Positions 43,540 to 59,620 are shown, counted from the stretch's first letter. The stretch is DNA of 64,000 nt from the human T2T-CHM13v2.0 reference genome, Homo sapiens (GCF_009914755.1 NC_060928.1); one strand, 5' to 3'. Numbers and translations: made by a program. Notes: a model not told the origin generated them from the sequence alone.

Positions 43540-43800
43540 TAATAGCTTATACATAGCATTTATGATGTTTCTGGCACTGTTTTAAACACACTTTAGATAT
43601 ATTCAACTAACTCATTTGCAATACACAACAATCCAGTGAGACAGCTGCTATCATTGTAGCCATTTTAAAGATAGAAATGAGGCATGGAGGAAGGACAAGA
43701 AAGTGTGGCACAGAGGATAAGTAACTTTACTAAGGCCTCATAGCTACTAAGAGATGTAGCTGGAATTCCAACTCCAGAATTCATCTTCTTACATATTTTG
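43540..43800 (-). mobile_element. MIR SINE
   Basis: CCATTTTAAAGATAGAAATGAGGCA...GCACAGAGGATAAGTAACTT. Confidence 0.65.
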
Positions 43801-43959
43801 CTATATTTATACTCTTATATTTTTATATCTTCCTGTTCCAACATTTTAAAAATTTGTGATAACTGTTTTTGTCTCTCATCCCCTCTGCTTAAATTAACAT
43901 TTTTTGGAAACTAATTTCTTTTATTAGCATAGCAAAATTAGAAAACAAAGTACAGCATC

Positions 43960-44284
<325 letters not shown>

Positions 44285-44529
44285 TTACAATCTTTATTCT
44301 AGGCACATAAATGCTGTGGATTCTGTTAGTAGTTACTCTTTTTTGGAAGAATATTTAAGCTGATTCTAAGTATTTGGTTTCCAGTCACTTTTGTGTTATT
44401 TCTGGTTTCATTTGACTACTTTCTGCAACATAATTAAATCCTGTTCTATCATAATCAAGACAAATATTATACACCAAAATAGATGTTTCTTTTATATTAA
44501 TTTTGGGAAGGAAGAAAGGAAACCAACAT

Positions 44530-44855
44530 ATATTGATTGGCTCTTAAGCTAAAAAGCAGAAAGTACTTTTTCAAATGTCTCATTTAACCTTTGCAATAGA
44601 GTTGTAAAACAGGTGGTATGATCCCTATTTTGCAGTTGAGAAATGAGACTTTGGAGAATAATTATATCTACCCTTTACTGATGGCATCCAACACTGTTTT
44701 TATGCATTATTTTAGTTGATTCTTAGAACAATCATATGATATGGTATTACAAATGAGGAAACTGAGGCTTAAAGAGGTTAAATAAATTGTATAAGATCAT
44801 ATACCAAAGCTGGTTTCTCTGACTTCAAAGACTTATTTGCTTTACTCTATACCAC
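44530..44855 (-). mobile_element. Two adjacent MIR fragments
   Basis: CCCTATTTTGCAGTTGAGAAATGAGAC and TACAAATGAGGAAACTGAGGCTTAAAGAGGTTAA. Confidence 0.65.
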
Positions 44856-47572
44856 ACTGGGATCTTGGCTCCAACTTCTGTTGGAGAATCTGCTATTCTT
44901 GTGCTCTTTAATCTTTGTCTTCATGAATTTCTCTGAATTGGGATAAATTCAAATGCCTACATGGGCCCAGGAAGGGTAACAAAAGGAAGGGAGACAAGCC
45001 ATGTGTCAAAAACACAGTGTTGGGTTGCAGCAACCAAGAAGGCTGAATAGAAACAGCTCCACTCTGCGACTCCCACGAAGGATGAAAATAGTGAGTGAAT
45101 TCTGCATCTTCAATTGAGGTACCAAAGTTCTCTCATTGAGACCGACTAGGTGGTAGACATGACCCACAGAGAGCGAGGAAAAGCAGGATAGAGTAAGGGC
45201 CCATCTGGGAGCTTCATGCAGCAAAAGGAACTCCCTCCCTCCAGCCAAGGGAGGTGGTGAAGGATTGTGCTACCCTTCCCTGAAAACCACACTTTTCCCA
45301 CAGATCCTTGCAACCCATACATCAGGAGGTTCCCTCATTGAGCCCATGTCACCAGGGCCTTGGGCCCCAAGAAAAGAGCTGTGCAGACTCATGGGGACTG
45401 CTCAGTGTGCGGCCACTCGAGCAGGCACTGAGACATGGGAGTTTTTGCATACTCTGGCTCCAGGAACCCCAGTGAGACAGGAGATCCATCCATTCCTGTG
45501 GGAAGGGGTTTGAAGCCAGGGAGCCAAGTGGCGTTGTTCCCATGGAAACCCACTGGCTTGGAATCCCCATCAGCCAGCACGGCGGGCTAGAGACTGACTA
45601 AGAAGACCAAGTTCCGGGGTTGGGAGAGGCAACCGTCATCACTGTGGCTCCAGTCCGCTGTTTTCCCCTGCCACTGGTGCCAGTGAGACTGGGCAGTTTG
45701 GATGAGGAGTAATTCACCACAGTGCAGCACAGGAGCTGGGACAGTTCGTGACCAGACTGTTCCTTTAAGCAGGACCCCAATCCACTCCTCTTCACCAGGC
45801 TGGGGCTCCCTGTGGAAATTTCAGCATCCCCAGCCAGGGGTTTATGGACAGAACTCTGATATCCCTGAGAGGAGCCCCTAGGAGGAGTAGTGGCTGCAGG
45901 ATCATGGATCAGCAGTCTTAATCTTTTCTGCCTGCTGGCTCTGGAGGGTCAAGGCAGCCCAGATGAGAAGGATTACCCCCAGAGCAGCACACTTGCTCTG
46001 CCAAGGGGCAGCCAGACTGCTTATTTCAGTGGGTTCCTGATCCCACTCCTCTTGTCTGGATGAGATCTCCCAGTAGAAGTCTCCAGACACCTCACAAAGG
46101 AGCATTCTGGCCAGCATCAGATCAGTGCCCCGGCAGGGACAGAGCTCACAGAGGAAGGAGCAGGCTTCCATCTTTTCTGTTCCTCAGCTTCCATTGGTGT
46201 TACTTCCAGGGGCAGGAGAGACCCAAGAAAATGGGGTCTGGAGTGGGACCCCAGCAGCCCTATGGAAGAGAGGCCTGACTGCTAAAAGAAAAACAAACAG
46301 AAAGCAACAACATCAATGAAAAAGACCCCAAAAAACCCTGTCCAAAGGTCAGCAGACTCAAAGGTCAAAGGTAGATAAACCCATGAAGACGAGAAAAAAT
46401 CAACACACAAAAATACTGAAAACTCAAAAAGCTAGAGTGTCTCTAATCCCAATGATTGCAACATGTCTCCAGCAAGGGCACAGAACTGGACTGAGGCTGA
46501 GACGGATGAATTGACAGAAGTAGTCTTCAGAAGATAGGTAATAATGAACTTTGCTGAGCTGAAGGAGTATGTTCTAACTAATTGCAAAGTTAAAAACCAT
46601 GATAAAATATTACAGGAGATGTTCATCAGAATATCCAGTTTAGAGAAGAACATAAATGATCTGATAGAGCTGAAAAACACAACACGAGAACTTCACAATG
46701 CAAACACAAGTATCAATGGCCAAATAGACCAAGTGGAAGAAAGGATATTAGAACTTAAAGATTATCTTGCTAAAATAAGACATGCAGACAAGATTAGAGA
46801 AAAAAAGAATGCAAAGGAATGAACAAAACCTCCAAAAACTATGGGATTATGTAAAGAGATTGAACTTATGACTGATGGGCTATCTGATAGAAACGGGGAG
46901 AACAAAACCAAATTGGAAAACACACTTCAGAATATCATCCAGGAGAACTTCCCCAAGCTAGCAAGACAGGCCAACATTCAAATTCAGAAAATCCAGAGAA
47001 CCCCATAAGGAACCACATGAGAAGATCAACCCCAAGACACATAATCATCAGATTCGCCAAAGTAGAAATGAAGGAAAAAATGTTAAGGGCAGCCAGACAG
47101 AAAGGCCAGGTCACCTCTAAAAGGAAGCCCATCAGACTAACAGCAGACCTCTCAGTGGAAACCCTACAAGCCAGAAGAGATGGTGGGCCAATATTCAACA
47201 TACTTAAAGGAAAGAATTTCCAACCCAGAATTTCATATCCACCAAACTAAGCTTCCTAAGTGAGAAATAAATAAAATCTTTTTCAGACAAGCAAATGCCG
47301 AGAAAATTTGTCACCACCAGGCCTGCCTTGCAAGAGCTTCTGAAGGAAGCACTAAATATGAAAAGAAAAAACTGTTACCAGCCACTCCAAAAATACACTG
47401 AAGTACACAAACTATTGACACTATGAAGCAACTACATAAACAAGTCTGCAAAATAACCAACTAGTATCATGATGACAGGATCAAATTCACACATAACAAT
47501 ATTAACCTTAAATGTAAATGGGCTAAATGCCCCAATTAAAAGACATAGAATGGCAAGCTGGATAAAGAGTCA

Positions 47573-47895
<323 letters not shown>

Positions 47896-48880
47896 GCATC
47901 AAGATCCATTGTTGTGTTGTATTCAAGAGACCCATCTTACGTGCAAAGACATGCATAAACTCAAAATAAAAGGATAGAGGAAAATTTACCAAGCAAATGG
48001 GAAACAGAAAAAAGCAGGGGTTGCAATCCTAGTTTCTGCAAAACAGACTTTAAACCAACAAAGATAAAAAAGACAAGGGCATTACATAATGGTAAAGGGA
48101 TCAATTCAACAAGAAGAGCTAACTAGTCTAAATATATATGCACCCAATACAGGAGCACCCAGATTCATAAAACAAGTTCTTAGAGACCTACAAAGAGACT
48201 AGACTCCGACACAATAATAGTGGGAGATGTTAACACCCCACTGTCAGTATTAGACAGATCATTGAGACAGAAAATTAACAAAGATATTCAGGACTTGAAC
48301 TCAGCTCTGGATCAAGTGAACCTGATAGATATTTATGGAACTCTACCCTAAAGCAACAGAATATACATTCTATTCAACACCACATGGCACTTACTGTAAA
48401 ATTGATCACATAATTGGAAGTAAATCACTCCTCAGCAAATACAAAAAAACAGAAATCTTAACAGTCTCTCAGACCACAGTGCAATCAAATTAGAACTCAA
48501 GATTTAAAAATTCATTCAAAACTACATAACTACATGGAAATTGAACAACCTGCTCCTGAATTACTCCAGGTTAAGTAATAAAATTAAGGCAGAAATCAAG
48601 AAGTTCTTTGAAACCAATGATAACAAAAAGGCAACATACCAGAATCTCTAGGATGCAGCTAAAGCAGTTTTAAGAGGGAAATTTATAGCACTAACTGTTC
48701 ACATCAAAAAGCTAGAAAGATCTCAAATTGACACCCTAACAACACAACTAAAAGGAAGAGCAAAGAAACCCAAAAGCCAGCAGAAGACAAGACCAGAGTA
48801 GAACTGAAGAAGATAGAGACACGAAAAACCCTTCAAAAAATCAATGAATATAGGAGCTGGTTTTTTGAAAAAATTAATAA

Positions 48881-49051
<171 letters not shown>

Positions 49052-50490
49052 TAATTCCTGACACATACACCCTCTCAATACTGAACCAGGAAGAAGTTGA
49101 ATTCCTGAAAAGATCAATAACAAGTTCTGAAATTGAGGCAGTAATAAATAGCCTACCAACCAAAAAAGGCCAGGACCAGATGGTTTTATAGCTGAATTCT
49201 ACCAGAGCTCCAAAGAGGAGCTGATACCCTTTCTTCTGAAACTATTACAAGCAATTAAAAAGGGGGTACTCCTCCCTAACTCATTCATTGAGGCCAGCAT
49301 CATCCTGATACCAAAACCTGGCAGAGATACAACAAAAAGAGAAAACTTCAAGCCAGACAAAAACCACAAGATTATCTCAATAGATGCAGAAAAGGCCTTC
49401 AATAAAATTCAACATCCCTTCATGCTAAAAAACTCTCAAAAAACCAGGTATTGAAGGAACATAATAATAAAAGCCATATATGACAACCCCACAGCCAATA
49501 TCATACTGAATGGGAAAAACCTGGAAGCATTCCCCTTGAAAACCTGCACAAGATAAGGATGCCCTGTCTCACCTCTCCTATTCAATAGAGTATTGGAAGT
49601 TCTGGCTAGGGCAATCAGGCAAGAGGAAGAAATAAAGAGTATTCAATTAGGAAAAAAGGAAGTCAAATTTTTTGCAGATGACATGGTCCTATATCTAGAA
49701 AACCCCATCATCTCAGCCCAAGAGATTCTTGAGCTGATAAGCAACTTCAGCAGTCTCAGGATGCAAAATCAATGTGCAAAAATCACTAGCATCCCCATAC
49801 ATCAACAGGCAAGCTGAGAGCCAAATCATGAATGAACTCTAATTCACAACTGGTACAAAGAGAATAAAATACCTAGGAATATAGCTAACAAGGGAAGTGA
49901 AGGGCATCTTCAGGAAGAACTACAAAACACTGCTCAAGGAAATCAGAAAGGACACAAACAAATGGAAAAATATTCCATGCTCTTGGATAGGAAAAAGTCA
50001 ATATCTTGAAAATGGCCATACTGCCCAAAGTAATTTATAGATTCAATGCTATACTCATTAAACTACCATTGTCATTCTTCGTAGAATTAGAAGAAACTAT
50101 TTTAAAATTTGTATGGAAATAAAAAGGAACTCATATAGCAAAGACAATCCTAAGCACAAAGAACAAAGCTGGAGGCATCATGCTACCAAACTAGAAACTA
50201 TACTACAAGGGTACAGTAACCAAAACAGCATGGTACTTGTACAAAAACAGACACATAAGACCAATGGAACATAATAGAGAACTAAGAAATAAGACCACAC
50301 ATTTACAACCATCTGGTCTTTGACAAACCTGACAAAAACAAGCAATGGGAAAAGGATTCCCTATTTAATAAATGGTGCTGGCAGAACTGGCTAGCTATAT
50401 GCAGAAAATTGAAATTAGACACCTTCCTTACACCTTATACAAAAATTAACTCAAGATGGATTAAAGACTTAAATGTAAAACCCAAAGCTA

Positions 50491-50811
<321 letters not shown>

Positions 50812-52685
50812 TCAGGACATAGGCATGGGCAAAGATTTCATGACTAAATTGCCAAAAGCAATTGCAACAAAAGCAAAACTGACAAATGGGATCTAATTAA
50901 ACTAAAGAGCTTCTGCATAGCAAAAGAGACTATCATCAGAGTGAACAGACAACCTAGAGAGTGGGAGAACATTTTTGCAATTTATCCATCTGACAAAGGT
51001 CTAATGTCCAGGATCTACAATGAACTTAAACAAATTTATAACCAAAAAGCAAACAACCCCATTAAAAAGTGGGCAAAGGACATGTACAGAAACTTCTGAA
51101 AGGAAGACATTCATGCAGCCAACAAACATGAATAAAAGCTTAACATCATTGATCATTAGAGAAATGCAAATCAAACCCACAATGATATACTATCTCATGC
51201 CAGTCAGAATGGCAATTATTAAAAAGTCAAAAAAACTACAGCTGGTGAGGTTGGAGAGAAATGGAAAGCTTTTACACCGTTGGTGGGAATGTAAATTAGT
51301 TCAACCACTGTGGAAGATGGTGTGGCGATTCCTCAAAGATCTAGAACCAGAAATACCATTTGACCCAGAAATCCCATTATTGGGTATATACACAAAGGAA
51401 TACAAATCTATTATAAAGATACATGCACATGTATGTTCATTGCAGCCCTATTCACAATAGCAAAGACATGGAATCAACCCAAATGCCCATCAATGATAAA
51501 CTGGATAAAGAAAATATGGCACATATACACCATGGAATACTATGCAGTCATAAAAAGGAATAAAACCATGTCTTTTACAGGCAAATGAATGGAGCTGGAA
51601 GCCATAATCCTCAGCAAACTAACACAGGAACAGGAAACTAAACACCACGTGTTCTTACTTATAAATGGGAGCTAAACCATGAGAACACATGGACACAGGG
51701 AAGGGAACAACACACACTGGGGCCTTTAGGCAGGTTCAGGGGGAGAAAGAGCACTAGGAAAAGTATCTAATGCATGCTGGGCTTAATAACTAGGTGATAG
51801 ACTGATAGGTGCAGCAAACCACCATGGCACACGTTTACCTATGTAACAAACCTGCATATCTTGCACATGTACCCTGGAACTTAACAACAAAAATTGAAAA
51901 ACAAAAACCAGAGTGATGGAGCTCAATGGAAATGGCAACTGGTCCTAGGCCTCAACACCCAAGGGGCACAAGGATAGAACTGAATCACAACATAGTTGGT
52001 TTCCCTTGTAATTCTCTATATTTTAATTTATGTGTTTCAAAATACTATTCTGACAAGGAGGTTCACAGGGAGTCCATAATTGTGAGTCTGCATCCATGCA
52101 TCAATATAAAGGTTAAGAAACTCAGTATCCAAAAGCAGTTGAGATTGGCTGGGGGCTCAGGGGCTGTGAAGTCCCCGTGTATGATTTCCACGTAGGAACA
52201 CCAGTCCTGTGTTCTAGATCTTCAGATTTTTCAAGACAAGCCAGAAAGTTAGACTTTTAAATTACACTTTTTAATTTTTCAGTGATGGCAGTTAATTCAG
52301 TTCTTCACTCTTGGGCCTCTGCTCTAAACATCCCCATGCTCTGTCTTGTTCATTTTACCTATTTTCTTCTTCTTTTTCCCACAATTTCATGGAATCTCTT
52401 TTCCTCATTTTTACACCAGTTTTTAAAGAAATTGTATATTTCTAACTTTTAGTACTACCTTTTATTACACTGGTAACACCTGTTCTTTGCAGATAAATCA
52501 AAAAGTACGGTCAACAGAATTGGTGTCTGAACCAGATCTGTTAAGATCTCACACATTTAATCTCGACCCTCCTATGCCTCAGAATATGCCATTAAAGGGC
52601 AATATCATGCTACATTCAAATCGTCTCTCTTCTGGTTCAGAAGTTCTCTCACCACTGCTTCTTATTTCAATGAAAGCCTCAGAAA

Positions 52686-52990
52686 GGCCAGGTGTGGTGG
52701 CTCATACCTGTAATCCCAGCACTTTCGGAGGCCAAGGACAGCAGATTGCTTGAGCTCATGAGTTCAAGACCAGCCTCGCTAACAGGTTGAAATCCTGTCT
52801 CTACAAAAAATTCAAAAATTAGCTGGGCATGGTGGTGCGCACCTGTAGTCCCAGTTATTTGGGTGGCTGAGGCAAGAGAATCACTTGAACCCGCGAGGTA
52901 GACGTTGCAGTGAGCTGAGATCACACCACTGCACTCCAGCCAGATGACAGAGTGAGACATGGCCTCAAAATAAAATAAAATACAAAATAA
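52686..52990 (+). mobile_element. AluS
   Basis: Full Alu body with (AAAAT)n tail. Confidence 0.93.
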
Positions 52991-53582
52991 CCCTCAGGGC
53001 ACGACCCTGTGTTTTCTTGGGCAAGTGTTACCAGTACTGTAATTATTGATCCTCTTTCATTTGGGGCCAGATGGGTCTGCTTCCTGCTCTTGGAAAGTTA
53101 GTTTGTCTGGTTGTTCTTTGTTCATCATTAAGACACCACCTGACTTAAATCCTTAAATATTATATGTATACAGTTAATACATTCCTATTGTCAAAACAAA
53201 ACAAAGACTCATAAAGCAAATTCTTCTTCATTCTCCTCTTCAGTCTCCAAAGTAACATCTGACTCCCTTCACCAAAAATTGTTGTAAGATTGGCTCGTAT
53301 CTTCCAGCCATTTTCTATAAATACATATATATATGTTCATATGCAAATATGTAGCTTGGATTTTGGACATAAATGTGATCATGTTTAATATTGAAAGGTG
53401 TTGCCTTTTTGTTTTTATATATTTGTGTCAATATATATACATCTACCTTGTTCTTTTTAAATACTGCTGAGTATTCCATATTGAGCATGTACCATAGTTT
53501 AAGTAGTTTACAGGTGATGTGTATTTAGGTTTTATTCAATTTAGCCCCATTATAAATAATGCTTTAATAACATCTTTGTATA

Positions 53583-54267
53583 TGTAGGGTAGCAGAATAT
53601 GCCATCCCCAAATATACCATTTTTGCATTAGGATTATTTTGAGCTGAAGGCAAGTGAAAAGAAGCTACTAAAAATACAAAAATTATCTGGGTGTGGTGGC
53701 AGGTCCCTGTAATCCCAGCTACTCAGGAGGCTGAGGCCGGAGAATCACTTGAACCTAGGAGGCGGAGGTTGCAGTGAGCCAAAATCATGCCACTGCACTC
53801 CAGCCTGGGCAAGAGCCACTGCTGTCCCCCTATTTGCCTAAAAGTAGGACATAAATTTGTAAAGGTGTCCTTCTTCTCCCCTTTACCAGGAAGGACACAA
53901 GTTAATCACTGGAGAAAATTCTAGACCCTTGTCAGCCGGAAGACTGCATCAACTTTATTAACTAGCCCTTATCTTCCATCAGTTTTCTTACAGATTTTCC
54001 TTCTTATAATTTGCTGCACTAGAAACTCAAAAAAATTTTTTTTTGTCTTCTTATGGCTCTAAAATTTATTGTTGTCATTGAGATGCTGTATAAGTGCAAG
54101 TTCCAACTAACCTTTGAGTTACTCAACTCTGAGTGCTCCCATATGTATGTGTGATGAACATGCTAATAAACTTGTTTGTTTTTGTTTTTCTCTTGTTAGT
54201 CTAATTTACAGGGCCTCAGCAAATGAACCTAAGATGGGTAGAGGAAAAATTTTTTTCCTCTTCTACA
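53583..54267 (+). mobile_element. MER34-family solo LTR containing an Alu fragment
   Basis: TGTAGGG..CAGAATATGCCA...GGATTATTTTGAGCTGAAGGCAA...GAACCTAAGATGGGTAGAGG...CTACA; 4-bp TSD TATA. Confidence 0.8.
53665..53816 (+). mobile_element. Tail-less internal Alu fragment (linker plus right arm)
   Basis: Starts CTACTAAAAATACAAAAATTA and ends CCTGGGCAAGAGC; no poly(A), no TSD. Confidence 0.9.
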
Positions 54268-54683
54268 TATATATGTCTTTGTTTATATGTGGGAGTATTT
54301 ATCTAAGACAGACACTTCAGGATAGGATTACTAGATTGAAGATAATGCATTTACAATTTTGGCAGCTACTACAAAATTACTATCCAGGATAGCCTTTTAA
54401 AAATACATTTCTTTCAAGAGTTTCTAAAATGATGTAATTTTATTTTTTAAATTTTTTGTCAGTCTGATGAATACAAAATTAATTTCTCATTTTTAAAATT
54501 CACATTCTCCCAATTACTATTCAGATTATGCATCTTTTCTATGGTTAACATCTATTAACCTTTTTGTTCTAATTTTTGAATTACCTGTCCATATTTTTTG
54601 CCTATTTTTTCTGTTGGGTTGATTGTAAATTTTGGTTATAAAACTTTGGCTCATTAAATGGGTCAAAAATATTGTCCACTCTC

Positions 54684-55212
54684 TGATGGGGTTCAGGACA
54701 TGCTACCTCAAAATTTGGTGTGTTGGCATTTGGAAAAACAGCAGAAGCAGGAAGGTCTCTATGGCCTTCCCCATCCTTATCCTCTGGAGTAGGCTATAAA
54801 ACCTAGGAAGGATTGTCTGACCTTTCCCTGAAGCAGGTCATAAGACTCTCAGCTGAGGGGTACCCTCCCTATACCTAGAGGAAAGGAACATCCTTATCTC
54901 TGAAGAAGAAAGGTCACGAGAAGAATAAAAACTAATAGGACTTGCTAAATTTCCCTCAGTTTATTATCATTAGATTGTACTCTTTCTCCAATCCTATTTC
55001 TCCACAACTATCCACTTCATTAAACCTAACATGAAAATATGTACAATTAACCATTTCTTCAGGTCTTCCACTTCTTAAAAAGTCTCCTATGTCACATAAA
55101 ACTTGTATTAAATAAGTTTCTATGCTTTTTTCTTGTTAATCTCTTTGTTTTAGGGTCTTTAGCCATGAACCTAGTGGTAGATAAAGAAAAGAATCTTTTT
55201 ACTTTTTTTACA
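54684..55212 (+). mobile_element. MER39-like ERV1 solo LTR
   Basis: TGATGGGGTTCAGGACATGCTACC...CCCTGAAGCAGGTCATAAGAC...GCCATGAACCT...TACA. Confidence 0.7.
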
Positions 55213-55499
55213 CCTCTGTCATCTATCTTTTCATATGTTTTATAATAAGCTTTGTGATATATGCAAAAATGCTTATGCATGTTTTAGTTGAAGCTTTCAA
55301 TCATTTTTAAATGACTTTGAGGTTTATTTCTTGATTAGCAAAATCAAGAAATTTCAAAATAATGAAAATAGTTTTCTATGTTTTGTATCTAACAGTTTTA
55401 TAGGCTCTTTTCCCCTTTAACTATTTAATCTACCTGAAATTTACTACTAATAAGTACTCCTGGTATTATATTTTTAAAACTGTTGTGTCTTTATCCTCC

Positions 55500-56858
55500 T
55501 TCTAAGCCAGATAAGTACCTTCCTATGCTTCCACTTCTCTCACTCTTCACTTCCATCTCCTCACACTGTCTCCATGGTTAAGCCCATCTGGAATTTTAGT
55601 TCCGTGGTGTCACCCTGACTCATCTTCCTCTCATACCTCACTTCCAATCTATTGGCAAATCTTGTTATTCTGATCTTCACCATGGATTCAGAATCTACTT
55701 CTTATCACCATCTTCATCATAACGACCGTGGTCCAAGTTCCACCATCTCTTGCATAGGTGGTTACGGTGATTTCTTCTCATGTCTCCTGCTTCCATCCTG
55801 CCTTTTGTTGTGGGCTGCATTATGCCCATCTCAAAAATTTATATGTTGAAGTCTTAACCCCCAATACCAAAGAGGGTAGATGTATTGGGAGACAGGTTGT
55901 TATAGCAGTGATTAAGTCAAAATGAAGGCCTTAGGGTGGACCCTAATCCAATGTGACTGGTGCATTTAGGATAAGAGATTTGGACACAGATATACAATGC
56001 ACACGGGGAAGATGATATGAAAACACAGAAAGGAGACAGTCATCTGCAAGCCAAGGAGACAGGCCTGGAATGGATCCTTTCCTCATGGCACTCAGAATGA
56101 GCAGACCCTGCCTACACATGGTTCTTGGACTTTCAGCCTCCAGAACTGTGAGGAAATGAATTCCTGTTGCTGAAGCCACCCAGTCAGTGGTATTCTGTGA
56201 AGGCAGACTAAGAAAACTAATGTACCCTTTATCACCGTATGTGCAACACAGCAGCCTGAGTGACCTGGTTAAAACCTAGGTCAACTTATTACCTTTTCTG
56301 TGTTCAAAATTCTCCAAAGGCTAAGAGCCCAGCCACTTTCATAGACCCACTGTGATCTGCTACCCCCACCCCACCCCGTCTCCACCGTCTCCTCTCCTGC
56401 AGTTCTCACCTCACCTGCTCTGCTCCAGCCACACTAGCTGTTTGGTGTCCCTCATCCTCCAGACCCTGGCTGCTGCCTCAGGGTATTTCCCTGGGCTGAG
56501 CCATCTGCCTTGGGTGTTGGTCCCACAGATATTCACTAGGCTGTCTCTCCTCGCTGTCTTCAGGCCCTGTTCAAGAACAACTTTTTCAGTGAGGCCTTCC
56601 CTGGCAATTTTGCCTAAAATTATAATCCCCCCACACCCCACTTTCTGGCCTCCTTGGCTGCTTTCTTAGTCTCCTTAGCCCATATTATTATCTAATATAG
56701 GGTATATTTTATTTATCTTTTGATATTGTCTGTCAACTTTCTAGAATATAAATTCCACTAAGAGCAAGGATTTTTGACTTTCATTCACTTTTTAATCTTC
56801 GGTGCCTAACACATAATTGGTGCGCAATAAATATTTATTGAGTGAATAAGTGAATTAG
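55500..56858 (+). mobile_element. L2a 3' region split by MLT1B
   Basis: CTCTGCTCCAGCCACACT, CAGTGAGGCCTTCCCTG and terminal CAATAAATATTTATTGAGTGAATAAGTGAAT. Confidence 0.75.
55806..56224 (+). mobile_element. MLT1B-like LTR
   Basis: ATATGTTGAAGTCTTAACCCCCA...CCCTAATCCAATGTGACTGGTG...CAGCCTCCAGAACTGTGAG. Confidence 0.85.
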
Positions 56859-56923
56859 TGTATAAGGAAACATCCTACATCAACTAGAACCCTTCCTTCT
56901 TCCTAGATGAAAAGCCTTGGCAA

Positions 56924-57842
56924 TGATACAGGATACTTTTGGTCCTGCTTCACCAGCCAGAAATCTCTGCAGTCAGTGGCACCTCTACCTAGGATGTGCT
57001 CGGCTCCTGCTACTGGCCCGGATCCTATGCCCATAATGGCTCTGGCTCAGTCTGCAGCTGGTCCAGGTGTGCTACGACCAGCTTCTGCCTTGGGCATTGG
57101 TGTCTGGACGAGGGGGACATGGTGCTGCCTGAAAACTAGGAGATGCCAGCAATCAGCAGAGCCCCAAAGGGGTGTACGGCTTTTGCTTGAGGAGTCCTGA
57201 GGTCTGAGCCCCTAGGAAGTGTTGTAGTTCATGTTCATTCCCTCCACCCGCAGCTTCGGTGAATGGGGACACATCACAGCTCATTCGGTCCCGCCACTCG
57301 CAGCTTGGCGAGAGGGGGCGTGTGGCACCCAGCGACTTTTTCTCCCCCATTGCTAGGCGAGCAGGAAGGAGGGTTAGAGTGTTACCACTCCTTTCTCATC
57401 TGCTGTTCAGCAGGTTCCAGATTCTTATCCAGAGTCCAAGAGGAATGAGGTGTGTGGACACCAGAGTGAGCAAGACGGAGAAGAATTTTATTGAGCGACA
57501 GAAGGAAATCTGTCAGCAGAGAGAGGACCCAAGAGCAGGTAGCCTTCTGTGTGAGAGGGGTCCCAAAATGGGTAGACCCATGTGCAGCAGAGCCCAGAGT
57601 TTTTATGGTCTCAGAATGGGGGAGTCTGTGCTACTTGGTCCATGAGCGGCCCTGGTAAAAGCACTATTTGATTGGCTAAAAGGCATGGAGGAAGTTCACG
57701 CTTCCTCCAGTTCCAGTCATGGACTCTACCACAAACTGGCAGTTCAGTCTTTGGGCTTTAGGCTCTCTTTGGCTTGAAGGTCGGGATTCACCTGTACCCA
57801 TCTTTGTCTGCCCAGGAATTTGTCTGCCTTCTGCCACTATCA
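56924..57842 (-). mobile_element. ERV1 solo LTR (LTR28/LTR27/MER52-group-like), GC-rich
   Basis: Minus strand starts TGATAGTGGCAGAAGGCAGACAAATTCCTGGGCAGACA; TG..CA ends; AATAAA on minus near 57487-57492. Confidence 0.65.
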
Positions 57843-57907
57843 GTGATATTAATTTTATCATTCCCTTTCCACAAGTTTACACTGTAATATAAAACTTTGC
57901 TTGGTAG

Positions 57908-58980
<1,073 letters not shown>

Positions 58981-59316
58981 CTCTTTTTACTGGTGTTGTT
59001 AACTTATCACACCATATTTAACTATGATATAATATTATTTAAAACCCTTTATCAATGTGAAACAGATAAGAATTCTTTCTTCTTCATAACCGTCAATGGC
59101 TCTATATCATAATATATTGGATTTAATATATCAGCCCTTTCCCTGATATATTAAATCTAATATAAATCAAATAAATCTAAAATAAATCTAATATCTTTGC
59201 TAATCCAAAATTGCCCTCATACCTATTTGCAAGGTTTCTTTCAGCAATAAAATTCAAATATTCCATAAATACATCCTTACTTAATAGAATTTGCATGGTG
59301 ACAACTATATCATGGT

Positions 59317-59386
59317 GTTTTGTTTTGTTTTGTTTTAGAGATAGGGTCTAGCTCTGTCACCCAGGCTAGAGTACAGTGGCACAACC
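59317..59386 (-). mobile_element. Short Alu 3' fragment with (GTTTT)n tail
   Basis: GAGATAGGGTCTAGCTCTGTCACCCAGGCTAGAGTACAGTGGCAC. Confidence 0.75.
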
Positions 59387-59474
59387 TTGCCTCAATCTTT
59401 GATTTTGGTTGTCAAACCATAGTTTCAACTTGACAAAAAAAGAATTAGAAAACTTGAATTTAAAAATATGTACA

Positions 59475-59620
59475 GGCTAGGAGCTATTGCTTATGCCTAT
59501 AATCCCAGCACTTTGGGAGGCCAAGGAGGAGGGATCACTTGAACCCAGAAGTTGGAAACCAGCCTGAGCTTCATAGGGAGACCTTGTCTCTAAAAAAATT
59601 AAAAAATTAACCAGATGTGG
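59475..59620 (+). mobile_element. AluJ left arm plus linker, truncated
   Basis: CCTATAATCCCAGCACTTTGGGAGGCC...AAAAATTAACCAGATGTGG, then an abrupt switch to LTR8. Confidence 0.85.

Larger units (their letters stand above)
53150..55445 (-). mobile_element. Old L1M fragment split by MER34 and MER39-like LTRs
   Basis: AT-rich L1 3'-region text (GCTGAGTATTCCATA, TATTTAGGTT, GGATAGGATTACTAG) on both sides of the LTRs. Confidence 0.6.
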
